DNA of 64,000 bases from an uncultured virus (IMG/VR IMGVR_UViG_3300025154_000007). Its lineage: Duplodnaviria; Heunggongvirae; Uroviricota; Caudoviricetes. The translations under genes and the position numbers were made by a program. Below the pieces are notes generated by a model. That model did not search any database. It was not told the DNA's origin and saw only the letters and a program-made list of their open reading frames with translations. Shown here in pieces: positions 48,648 to 57,849 of this stretch; positions within the stretch are counted from its first letter, which is position 1, and the number at the start of each line of letters is the position of its first letter. The stretch lies in IMG/VR virus record IMGVR_UViG_3300025154_000007. One strand, written 5' to 3'.

Positions 48648-49477
48648 TCTTTGATCGCCCCCGATAACGAATTTACAAAATAGCGAGATGCAAAAATAAA
48701 TATGATCAAAACCGGCAATATCAAAACAACACCTATCGCAAAACTCTGCCCTATGAAATTTTTGTTCCCTTGCAAAGCCCACGCCTGCCCGTACATCGCC
48801 CGGACCATTCCGACCAATGCCGTCAAATTATTGTTTTTCTGCAATTGAAGCGATTGCCATATCCAATCCTGCATTGATCCTATCGATGAAAATATTCCTA
48901 TCGTAGTAACCAACGGCAAGGAAATCGGCATAACAATATAAAACAAAACCTGTATTTCATGCGCTCCATCTATTCTAGCCGATTCAACCAGACTTTTCGG
49001 AATTGAATCAAAATATATCTTGGATAGATATAAAAACATAGGATTGAACAAGCAGGGCAAAATAACCGCCAACAATTCCCCGGACAAATGCAATATATTT
49101 ATAACTTTGAATAATGGGATAATTATTGAAATCCTGGGAACCATTACCCCGAACAATAAAAGCATCCATAATATTTTCTTGAATCTGAATTGATAAAAAG
49201 AAAAAGCATAACCGGCCACTATATTTACAAATATATTACCTATTGTAGTAAACGCCAGAACAACGATGGTATTGAACGCCCATTTTATTATATTCAGATT
49301 ATGCAAAACCACATAATAATTATCCAATGTAGCGTCAAGCGGAAAAAGATTCGGCGGCATGATTATAAATTTCGTATTCTGGTACAAACTGCCGATGAAT
49401 AAAAAATACATAGGGAATAAAACTATAGCCGCCAAAATGATTATAAGTATCTTACTGAATATAACACGTTGCTTCAT
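48644..49477 (-). CDS. carbohydrate ABC transporter permease (MalG-like)
   Basis: Six TM segments; TLDNY, AGYAFS.Y.F..K, IPKSLVESARIDGA (EAA loop), F...L.GAIKE. Confidence 0.93.
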   Translation of the reverse strand: MKQRVIFSKILIIILAAIVLFPMYFLFIGSLYQNTKFIIMPPNLFPLDATLDNYYVVLHNLNIIKWAFNTIVVLAFTTIGNIFVNIVAGYAFSFYQFRFKKILWMLLLFGVMVPRISIIIPLFKVINILHLSGELLAVILPCLFNPMFLYLSKIYFDSIPKSLVESARIDGAHEIQVLFYIVMPISLPLVTTIGIFSSIGSMQDWIWQSLQLQKNNNLTALVGMVRAMYGQAWALQGNKNFIGQSFAIGVVLILPVLIIFIFASRYFVNSLSGAIKE

Positions 49478-50328
49478 TTATTTATTCCAATTTCTATTTT
49501 ATTTTTTAATAAAGTCATTCCTATGGTAATGAATAATAAAATGATCGCCCCCGCACTTGCCATCCCGTGTTTTGACAAAGTAAACGCCATATCATATATA
49601 TTATATACAATCGTGGCAGTATATTCGTAAGGAGCCAAAAACTGTATTGTTTCAAAAATAGCCATTGCGTTTATCGCGGACATGAATCCGAGCATCATCA
49701 ATATGGGGAATATCTGCGGAAGTATTATTTTTATTTTTATCTGGAACCATGAAGCTCCGTCAATTTGCGCTTGATCAAACATTGACGTTTCAATTGACAG
49801 AATGGAAGCCAGAATCATTATCGCATTTGTTCCTAGGGATGCCATTATGACCACAAAAGAAATAGCCGGTATCCCGGTAATACCTTGTGCAAACCAGACA
49901 ATTGATTTTATGCCACAAATATTCAGCAACCAATTCAACGGCCCATTCAAATGAAAAATCCATTTCCACATTGAAGCTATAAATACACCAGCCGAAATTA
50001 TCGGAATATAAAAAGCGAACCGAACGAAATCATGCCATTTTTTTGAAAGATTGCAACTGAGCAATGCGAGAAAACCAGCCCCGCCAATCTGCCCGATGAC
50101 CAATAAAATAATATAAAAAAGACTATTGAATATTGATTGAATAAATGCCTTATTTGAAAACAAGTTTATGTAGTTTTTCACCCCTACAAACTTGGAAGTT
50201 ATAAAATTGGTTTTTTGCATGGATAAAATAAACAATTCATACAAAGGCCAAAATATAAATAATCCCGCCAACAATACGGCAGGAAGCAAAAAGATATATT
50301 TTATTTTATCTCCGGCATGTTTTATCAA
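49474..50328 (-). CDS. carbohydrate ABC transporter permease (MalF/UgpA-like)
   Basis: YIFLLPA, FVG.KNY..LF, R.AFYIP.I, W.WIF...G.LN, DQAQIDGAS.FQ (EAA loop), G.ASA.A.IL. Confidence 0.93.
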   Translation of the reverse strand: MIKHAGDKIKYIFLLPAVLLAGLFIFWPLYELFILSMQKTNFITSKFVGVKNYINLFSNKAFIQSIFNSLFYIILLVIGQIGGAGFLALLSCNLSKKWHDFVRFAFYIPIISAGVFIASMWKWIFHLNGPLNWLLNICGIKSIVWFAQGITGIPAISFVVIMASLGTNAIMILASILSIETSMFDQAQIDGASWFQIKIKIILPQIFPILMMLGFMSAINAMAIFETIQFLAPYEYTATIVYNIYDMAFTLSKHGMASAGAIILLFITIGMTLLKNKIEIGINK

Positions 50329-50634
50329 CTATTTTCTCCAATAGTGCATTATTTCATTTAAGGTCATTTTATCTTTTGAATAATGATATACCGGGATTCC
50401 GTCTTTTTTATCCAACTTATACAAATTGGATTTATAGTCGAATATATCCCATGATTCAAATAATTTTCTATAATTATTTCCATTGGCAATATAATTAAAT
50501 TTCCTTACTTTTTTATTCGCTAAATGTTTTCCATATTTGCCATAACCGCCGCTTTTAATTATCGGAACTTTTTTCATGCTTCTGCTCATAAGTTCCTCCA
50601 TTATAAAATATGCCGGTTTAAGGTTCACCGGCAA
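50329..50634 (-). CDS. hypothetical basic protein inserted in the ABC operon
   Basis: ANKKVRK....NG..YRK.F.SWDI.DY; start uncertain. Confidence 0.55.
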   Translation of the reverse strand: MPVNLKPAYFIMEELMSRSMKKVPIIKSGGYGKYGKHLANKKVRKFNYIANGNNYRKLFESWDIFDYKSNLYKLDKKDGIPVYHYSKDKMTLNEIMHYWRK

Positions 50635-50645
50635 CCTTATTCTAT

Positions 50646-51920
50646 TTACTCTTCCAGGGCTTCGTTCAGCGCCTTTTCATATTCAGCAATCGCGGCTTCC
50701 GGCGCAATAGCCAAATTCAAAACCTTTTGGAGGATCGGGAAATGAACCGGCCTTGTCGCGGAAAACTTCGCATTCGTCAAACCGACATCGAACAAGCCAT
50801 TATTTTTCATGATGCCCATGATTGCGTTCAGATTCTTGTCATCCATAAGCATCTTGACATCGGATCGATTCGGAATGACCGAAGCCAATGACATTTGACT
50901 TTGGATATAACCATCATTCATATATTCCACCAATCGGGCGGCGACTTTATCTTTCGCGGTTCCCGTCTTGTGAATTACAAACGCGGCATTCATCATATAT
51001 GTAGGCACATTCTTAACGGAAAAATCACGCGGGAACGGAACATACTTTACTTCAAACGGCTTCGCAATAAACTTTTGCTGAATGGCCGTATCCCAATATG
51101 GGCCCATCCATGCCGCGAAAAACGCTGTAGCCGCATAATTGCCCTTCGCCCATTCCGCCGCGTAATCATCGTCATTCAGCATCGCCGCGCCATCGGGAAT
51201 ATATTTATTTTTAGCAAGCGCCTGAAAAAATTCATACGCTTTGGCACCTCCGGTTTCCCTTATCGTAGTACGGGAATAATCGCCCGGCTTATAAAACTTT
51301 GCTCCGAATGAAGCAAACCAATTATTGATCAAATAATCACCAGACGTATTGGCGGCGAACATTCCAGTAGCAAACTTCTTTCCGCCATAATAATCCTTCA
51401 CTTTTTCAGCCATGACAATGAAATCGAAAATAGTCCAATTATCAGGAACGACATATCCGATTTCCTTCATCATATCCATATTGATACACATACCTTGCGG
51501 AGCGCCGGGAACAGGAAGCGCAAGAACTTTACCATTCCGCTTATACGGATCGAGTACGCCAGAATTATACTTTCCCAAGTCCCGGATATAAGTATCAAGC
51601 GGCAGGGCATATTCCGGCAGGATCAATTTGGATGACCGCACCAGAGTATCGTTATAAATATTCGGGGCCTGCCCGGAAGCCAAAAGCGCATCAAGGGAAA
51701 GCGTCGCCCCAGTCTTCAAATCAACCTGAAGCAATTCCACCTTGGCATCGGGAAAATCCTTCAAAAGCTTGGGAAGTGCGTAATCATAATAAAAAGACTT
51801 TCCTTTCATTTCACCGGAAAGCAAAATCATCTTTGTATCGGTAGTCAAGAAAGTAATATTCTGCGCAAAAGAAAAAACCGAAATAAAAGCCGCCATGAAA
51901 ATAAATAGATGTTTCTTCAT
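50646..51920 (-). CDS. ABC transporter sugar-binding protein
   Basis: Signal peptide (..FSFA-Q), LASGQAPNI, PLD.YI, G...ALP, .N.D...E.G...P..WT..DF; 424 aa; upstream of two permeases. Confidence 0.9.
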   Translation of the reverse strand: MKKHLFIFMAAFISVFSFAQNITFLTTDTKMILLSGEMKGKSFYYDYALPKLLKDFPDAKVELLQVDLKTGATLSLDALLASGQAPNIYNDTLVRSSKLILPEYALPLDTYIRDLGKYNSGVLDPYKRNGKVLALPVPGAPQGMCINMDMMKEIGYVVPDNWTIFDFIVMAEKVKDYYGGKKFATGMFAANTSGDYLINNWFASFGAKFYKPGDYSRTTIRETGGAKAYEFFQALAKNKYIPDGAAMLNDDDYAAEWAKGNYAATAFFAAWMGPYWDTAIQQKFIAKPFEVKYVPFPRDFSVKNVPTYMMNAAFVIHKTGTAKDKVAARLVEYMNDGYIQSQMSLASVIPNRSDVKMLMDDKNLNAIMGIMKNNGLFDVGLTNAKFSATRPVHFPILQKVLNLAIAPEAAIAEYEKALNEALEE

Positions 51921-51943
51921 TCTTTTCTCCTATAGAATTTTAT

Positions 51944-52630
51944 TTAAAAAGAAACCTTGACGGAAGCGCACCACGTATCATCGAACAAAACATAATTCAT
52001 TTCAAAAACAATCCCCGCAATAACCGAAGCCTTGACTCCGAAATCGGAAGTAAAATCTTCCGTCTGAAAATTATAAGCGGTATTGTAATAGGGCTTCAAA
52101 TATTTATCACCGCCGAACTTATAATCTACGCTTCCGGCAACGTCATACGTCGGAGAATCAATAAGCTCATCGGCGGTAAATGTTCCCGAAAGTCCGACCG
52201 GTCCGAATACACTTCCCGATGCGACATCAAAAGTTCCGACAAAATCCGCCGTTCCCTTCGCCGGATCATTGACGACATCCGTATACGATACCGCCGGAGT
52301 CAAAGTAAAAATATCCGAAAGATTCAAATCATAGGCGAGCTTCCCCTTCCAGGATTCATTTAGCTTACCCGTCACCGTAAAAGAATTGACGGTGTATGAC
52401 GCAGTAAAAGTCGGCCAACCCGAAGATACCACCCCGTTATCAACCGCAATTGATTGTTCCAGCCCGATAGAAACCGGCCCCTTGACCGGCATCGCGTAAT
52501 CGAACGAAGTTGAATTGCTGTAAACACCTTCATCCGTATACGCAAACTTTGAACTGCCGGACAAACCGACTTCCGCAAAAGCAAATCCCGCAATGAGCAC
52601 CAACGCAAAAATAATAAAAATTTTCTTCAT
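51944..52630 (-). CDS. putative outer-membrane beta-barrel / porin
   Basis: Signal peptide AGFAFA-E, alternating amphipathic beta-strands, C-terminal WCASVKVSF with terminal Phe. Confidence 0.65.
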   Translation of the reverse strand: MKKIFIIFALVLIAGFAFAEVGLSGSSKFAYTDEGVYSNSTSFDYAMPVKGPVSIGLEQSIAVDNGVVSSGWPTFTASYTVNSFTVTGKLNESWKGKLAYDLNLSDIFTLTPAVSYTDVVNDPAKGTADFVGTFDVASGSVFGPVGLSGTFTADELIDSPTYDVAGSVDYKFGGDKYLKPYYNTAYNFQTEDFTSDFGVKASVIAGIVFEMNYVLFDDTWCASVKVSF

Positions 52631-53002
52631 GTTTTTTCTCCCAAAGACAAATATTCAGGTTCGACCCAAACCACGATGCCACCCGGAATAGTTGCGCACA
52701 TTGCGGTTCCCAACAATACATTGAAAATAATAAATACCAAATCTTCACCCGTCCGATTGTCAACTACCTTCGTTTCCGCCTTTACCTCCTGAATCTGTTC
52801 TGCTGTCATTTCTGATTTTCCTCCTTTTCTTCCGCCAATTCCAATTGATCGCAATTAAGCCATAATATATTTCCATTAAGGTATTTACATTTTACACCAC
52901 GATGGGAAAAATCATAGTCATATTTTATAAATATAAATATTTCACCGGTTTTAATATATCGTAATTTGGTTCCCGGTTCCATATCTTCAAACTGTTCTAC
53001 AA

Positions 53003-53272
53003 TCAAATACTATTCCTTTTATCAAAAAATCTATTTCTTATATAATTAACGGGCCGCCAAAACACATTTCCTACAATTCTAAGCCGCAACGTAAAAAAGA
53101 AATACTTAATCGGATGCTTTTTATTTTCAAGTTGTATTGTTTTGAACCAAAGCGTATCTTCAATATTAACATATTCTTCGACCTTCTTAATTCCTTCTTT
53201 TTCACATTCTTCTAATACTCCATCTTCTTTCAAAAAATCATCAAAAGAACTGCCAATATTTTCTTTTCCCAT
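53003..53272 (-). CDS. hypothetical protein with antitoxin-like N-terminus
   Basis: IGSSFDDFLKEDG.LEE N-terminal motif. Confidence 0.5.
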   Translation of the reverse strand: MGKENIGSSFDDFLKEDGVLEECEKEGIKKVEEYVNIEDTLWFKTIQLENKKHPIKYFFFTLRLRIVGNVFWRPVNYIRNRFFDKRNSI

Positions 53273-53489
53273 TTAATTACTCCTTTTTCAAATTATCTTT
53301 GTTCAAAAACAACACGGGAATATTTATCATTTTAATCATATTATCAATAACGGTTTTATCATTCGCATTTTTATATAATTCGGACATGGCATTGAACATT
53401 TCCGTAAGTTCCTTATACGGCGGATTTATAATTTCATATTTTTGATCAGGAGAAAACACCATTCCACTACCCATAATAGTTTTCTTCAT

Positions 53490-54125
53490 CTAATTGCTCC
53501 TTTCAATGACTTTAGATACTCCGGTTTTATTGTCCTTGCTAACTTCAAATATTTTATCGGCAATATTGCAGACATCGGCACTGTAAACCGAATTACTGTT
53601 TATTATAAATTGCAAGCCTAATTCCTTTGACAACTTCCTTATTATTTCAAATCCTTTTACATTCAATTCACGCGGCTGAAGGAACTTAAATGGCTCATCC
53701 AATATAATCACATTATCGGATTTTCCCAAACTCCAAGCCGCAATCCGCAAAGCAAACGAAGTCAAATCGACCAAGCCACCGCCGCATTGATTCATGGGGT
53801 CATCCAATTCTATTCCATTCTGCCGCAATACCAATTCCGCTTCCGTCTTTCCGCGCTTTATTTCAAAGTTTACATCGAAAACATATTCATCCGGGAAACA
53901 AGTATCTAAACATAAATTAACCAAATCGGATATTTGGTATTTTATTTGCTCTTGCGTATCCTTGGCTACCTGCTGGATAAATGCCTGCGCCTTTTCCAAT
54001 ACGATAATATTATTATTCGTACTAAATAGATTATTTTCATAATCTTGTAGCTTCGATGCCAAAAGCTCTCTTTTACCTTTCATTTTATTTATCTTTTCGG
54101 AATAAATATTTGATTGGAAATTCAT
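53490..54125 (-). CDS. Rad50/SbcC-like ATPase, C-terminal half
   Basis: Coiled coil, then signature-like QCGGG..D..SFALR and Walker B IILDEPF. Confidence 0.82.
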   Translation of the reverse strand: MNFQSNIYSEKINKMKGKRELLASKLQDYENNLFSTNNNIIVLEKAQAFIQQVAKDTQEQIKYQISDLVNLCLDTCFPDEYVFDVNFEIKRGKTEAELVLRQNGIELDDPMNQCGGGLVDLTSFALRIAAWSLGKSDNVIILDEPFKFLQPRELNVKGFEIIRKLSKELGLQFIINSNSVYSADVCNIADKIFEVSKDNKTGVSKVIERSN

Positions 54126-54292
54126 TATATGTCCTTTATAGCGTCTAAAACACAATCAATCTGTAAAAAACTATCAAGCACAGATTTTATATAATTTTCA
54201 TCTTGAAAACTATTATAAATAGTCATTAAAGCATTGCCATACCATTTAACGCCCTTAATATAATAAGAAAAAGCTACACTAATTCTTTTCAT

Positions 54293-54505
54293 TTATTCAT
54301 CTTCTACATAAATATAATAATAAAGACCAGTACTAGAAATATTTTTAGCATTTGGAAATTGTTTCTTTATTCCTTCCAAGCCTATACCAGCTTTAACAAT
54401 ATAAATTTTCCCTGCACCCTCATCGGAATAAAGTCTACGCATACCGACAATCTGACAACTAGAAAATAACATAGCCACTAAAACAATAAAAATAAACCCT
54501 TTCAT
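54293..54505 (-). CDS. small lipoprotein
   Basis: MKGFIFIVLVAMLFSSC lipobox; GGAGG RBS. Confidence 0.62.
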   Translation of the reverse strand: MKGFIFIVLVAMLFSSCQIVGMRRLYSDEGAGKIYIVKAGIGLEGIKKQFPNAKNISSTGLYYYIYVEDE

Positions 54506-54741
54506 ATTTCCTCCCAATCGCATAGAGCTTGTAATTTAGAAACTAGCTTTTCTTTTTTCTGGTTACATTTTTGCAAACTATCCCTATATTCTTTCATCTT
54601 TTCATCTATCCCATCTATATCTATTTCATAATCTTTTTTTACTTGTTCTTCAATTTTAGCCTTGGCGCCTTCCGCCCTGGCCTTATTTGTTTTAGCAGCT
54701 TCGATCTTTTCGCGTAATGCGGTAAATTCTTTAACTGTCAT
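54502..54741 (-). CDS. coiled-coil protein
   Basis: Heptad-rich; between the Mre11-like gene and the Rad50 C-half. Confidence 0.6.
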   Translation of the reverse strand: MTVKEFTALREKIEAAKTNKARAEGAKAKIEEQVKKDYEIDIDGIDEKMKEYRDSLQKCNQKKEKLVSKLQALCDWEEI

Positions 54742-55139
54742 TTGTTTTCCGCCAAATACGACTCAACTTCCGGCATATATTGTTCCCAATCTTCTTTTTC
54801 AATTCTCCCGTTAATACCATCATACGTAATCACTTTATCTCGAATATTAGCTTTATTTATAGTTTTTTTATCCGTGTACTCGTCATTTAAATGACTAAAA
54901 TCAAAAATGTAATCGCCGATACTGTAACAACCAAATAAAACTAAACCTAATATTCCGTATAAAAAAGGAAGTATTAATATAAAATTGAATATATATCTAC
55001 CAACTAATGGAAGATCGCTGCATAAAAAAGGCGTGTTTATTGTAAATAAATGAGTAATAATAAAGTGCAAACTTATACCCGTTAATACTAATAATACATT
55101 ACCCATACGCAATAATATACCTTTAATACGCAACCGCAT
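54738..55139 (-). CDS. membrane protein
   Basis: Two hydrophobic segments. Confidence 0.55.
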   Translation of the reverse strand: MRLRIKGILLRMGNVLLVLTGISLHFIITHLFTINTPFLCSDLPLVGRYIFNFILILPFLYGILGLVLFGCYSIGDYIFDFSHLNDEYTDKKTINKANIRDKVITYDGINGRIEKEDWEQYMPEVESYLAENK

Positions 55140-55141
55140 AA

Positions 55142-56026
55142 TTATTCTCCTTCTACCAAAGATCGAATCATTTTGATAGTATCTTCATCCAAGGTTTTCT
55201 TGTTTTTCTTTATCGCACGTTCAATGTTATCAATAATGGATAAGCTAATATTTGTACTTTTCTTGATTCCTTCCACAAATGCAGTTATTCTATTATCCCT
55301 TTCCTCTTCTTTTTTTAAATATGCGTCATCAATCATTTCTATATTATCATCCAAATATATTCTTTCTACTATTTCTTTTTCGGTATCGACATAAAAAACA
55401 GAAGGCTTATATTCTTTTTCATCGGAACTTTGGCGAATAGTACATCCACCATTAATTACATGACGGCCGTCTTTTTCGTAATGGAAGCACTTGTGATTAT
55501 CACCTGTAAAAATGTATTTATAATCAGGGTACTTTTCTAATAATTGACTAGCCGTTATTCCGTCGCAATTAGGCGGAATACCTTTCAAGGCCTTAAACAC
55601 TAATTGATGAATAAATAAAACGTCATCTAATGGCCCGCTTACTTCGGTATTAAAATCTACCCATGCGCCAAATTCAGACATCCCATGAACTATTTTATTA
55701 TGCTTTTTCGATAAACTAAAAAATACTCCGATAGAACTATTATTTACATTTTCCATAGAATGGAATTGCAAATCGTGGTTACCGGCTAAAATATGAACCT
55801 TCTTATTTATATTTGAAAATTCCTCTATCAGCATTATCATCAAATATTCCGGTACGGTTCCTTTATTGAATAAATCACCAACTATACATAAAGGAACATT
55901 ATATTTATTGGCGATGGAAACTATATTCCTGATCATCAATCTTTGCGTTTCATCCCAATCATTATCCGTTCGACAGCGAGGCAAATCGGGCCGGATATGC
56001 AGATCGGAGCAGCTAATTATTTTCAA
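55142..56026 (-). CDS. Mre11/SbcD-like metallophosphoesterase nuclease
   Basis: SDLH, GDLF, AGNHD, H, TGDNH motifs. Confidence 0.9.
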   Translation of the reverse strand: MKIISCSDLHIRPDLPRCRTDNDWDETQRLMIRNIVSIANKYNVPLCIVGDLFNKGTVPEYLMIMLIEEFSNINKKVHILAGNHDLQFHSMENVNNSSIGVFFSLSKKHNKIVHGMSEFGAWVDFNTEVSGPLDDVLFIHQLVFKALKGIPPNCDGITASQLLEKYPDYKYIFTGDNHKCFHYEKDGRHVINGGCTIRQSSDEKEYKPSVFYVDTEKEIVERIYLDDNIEMIDDAYLKKEEERDNRITAFVEGIKKSTNISLSIIDNIERAIKKNKKTLDEDTIKMIRSLVEGE

Positions 56027-56532
56027 TTATGTATCCTTATTCCCATTTCGTGCCTAGATTCAAAAATATCGGCTATTTTTTCTGTTTCCATCAACATTTC
56101 AGCAGTAATACTTTCGACAATGTTATTTAAATTACTATAAAAAAAATTTAGATACACCTCATTACCAATCGAATAATATTTTTGATTCCTACTTGAAAAT
56201 ATACTATCATCATGTCTTAATTCAGCAATATATTTTTTATTTTTATTATAAATATATTTTTTAATGCCATGTAAATATTGCGGATAATTATATAATTTTA
56301 TATCCAACTTTTCAGTGTAATATATATTATTGTACGTTACTAACAACATATATTTATTATTTTTAAATGATTTTTCCTCAACTGACCACCCAAATTTGTA
56401 CCATAAATCATGAAACAATATAAATACATTTTTTATCTTATCCTCTTCTTCTTTTTCAGATAAAGAAATTCGTTTTAATGCTATATCAATACTATTTAAC
56501 ATTATAGCCGTATCACCATTATTTGTAATCAT
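56023..56532 (-). CDS. hypothetical protein (very AT-rich)
   Basis: Overlap-coupled ORF between the Rad50 N-half and Mre11. Confidence 0.55.
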   Translation of the reverse strand: MITNNGDTAIMLNSIDIALKRISLSEKEEEDKIKNVFILFHDLWYKFGWSVEEKSFKNNKYMLLVTYNNIYYTEKLDIKLYNYPQYLHGIKKYIYNKNKKYIAELRHDDSIFSSRNQKYYSIGNEVYLNFFYSNLNNIVESITAEMLMETEKIADIFESRHEMGIRIHN

Positions 56533-57449
56533 AGTTTACCACCACAAATTGGACAAGTATCTGGCATTTGTTTTTCCAGCTTTTCTATCAATGCGCTATT
56601 CTCTTTTATCTTTTGTACCTCGGCATTATAATTTTCCAGGCAATCATTCAAGTTTTCTATATTATCCAATAATTCTTTTTCTTCTTTTTTTATTTCATCC
56701 AATTGTTCTATTGTTTCTTCAATATTTTTAAATGGTATTTTTAAATGATTTTGTATTATTTTTACATATTTTTTATAATCGACATTCAATGTTTCCAGCC
56801 CGTCAATTTTATCTTCGATGGATTCCGCCAATATTTCAACTTCATTTAATTGATTGTTCAGCCTTTCAGCTTCATCCAGAATAACAAATGTTTCCAGTTC
56901 CTTTTCTATGGAAATTATTTCGGCCTCATATTGTTTTATGTCCTGATTATATTTTCTTCTTTTGCTTTCGGCGTTGTTTAATATTTTGTCGATAAGATCC
57001 AGGCGGATTTCTTTGTTCAGGAATCTGGCAACCTCGGAAGCCGATTCAGATAAAAGAAAAGGCGCATCCATTTGACGCTGGATATTCACTTCGCCGATAT
57101 TCAATATTTTTTCTACTTGTTCGGGAACATCCATCCCGATAGCTTCCAAAGTAATATCGTCATTTATTTTATAGCCGTTAAGATCAGGATTGCGTATTCT
57201 TTTAATCGAATTATTTTCGTTGGTAATTTGTGCGGAAGTGGATTTAAGCGGATTACCTTTCTTGTCCCGATTCCAGTAAGAAATAAATGACAGGCCGGAA
57301 GGACGGTTATAAATAGCCCAGAACAATCCACGAAGGATCGCCGTCTTGCCGGAATTGGAATGGCCGATTATTGCATTGACGTTGGGAGAAAAGTTCAGGG
57401 TACTTTTTTTATGGCTTTGGAAATTACGAAGAATTAGACTTGAAATCAT
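56529..57449 (-). CDS. Rad50/SbcC-like ATPase, N-terminal half ending in the Zn-hook
   Basis: L.NFQSH, G.SNSGKTAILR, Q-loop QRQ.D..FL, coiled coil, terminal CPICG. Confidence 0.88.
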   Translation of the reverse strand: MISSLILRNFQSHKKSTLNFSPNVNAIIGHSNSGKTAILRGLFWAIYNRPSGLSFISYWNRDKKGNPLKSTSAQITNENNSIKRIRNPDLNGYKINDDITLEAIGMDVPEQVEKILNIGEVNIQRQMDAPFLLSESASEVARFLNKEIRLDLIDKILNNAESKRRKYNQDIKQYEAEIISIEKELETFVILDEAERLNNQLNEVEILAESIEDKIDGLETLNVDYKKYVKIIQNHLKIPFKNIEETIEQLDEIKKEEKELLDNIENLNDCLENYNAEVQKIKENSALIEKLEKQMPDTCPICGGKL

Positions 57450-57676
57450 TTAATATCCTCTAATTCTATATCTTTAGAGGTTACTATTTCAAATTCAAAA
57501 ATACGTCGGACAATTTGGTCTATAGTAACTTTTTTTTGTCTTATCTCGCCGGTTTCCTGATTTACTAAATTAATAGTCACAGTATCCATGCCATGAATAG
57601 TTATAATACAATTACCATAAGCTATTTCTAATATAGATATCCAAGGTTTCGCAATTCGTTTCTTTTGTTTCGCCAT
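57446..57676 (-). CDS. hypothetical protein
   Basis: AAGGAG RBS; preceded by a TGCTATAAT extended -10 at about 57717-57725. Confidence 0.6.
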   Translation of the reverse strand: MAKQKKRIAKPWISILEIAYGNCIITIHGMDTVTINLVNQETGEIRQKKVTIDQIVRRIFEFEIVTSKDIELEDIK

Positions 57677-57745
57677 CTTTTATTCTCCTTCGGTTTACCG
57701 ATCGGACGTCATCTATATTATAGCATATCGACGAAGAAAATAAAA

Positions 57746-57842
57746 GCGGGCCGAAAAGGCAGGTACGGTATCCAGTCGGCAATCGAGCAATTACCGGCTT
57801 TCCCATGTTCCTTTTGCTTTCCTTACCTTTTCTCCAGTCCGC
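57746..57842 (-). ncRNA. candidate ~97-nt small RNA
   Basis: Starts 7 nt after TATAAT of a TCTATAATA motif; 5'/3' ends pair; internal hairpin CGGTAATTG/CGATTGCCG; followed by TTTTATTTT; no credible ORF. Confidence 0.6.
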
Positions 57843-57849
57843 AATAATA

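Noticed and set aside
48648..48782. N-terminal 45 aa of ORF 48333..48782 (and similar extensions of 3780, 10033, 32769, 35598)
   Set aside because: These overlap upstream genes or regulatory DNA; better starts with RBS or stop-start coupling exist downstream.
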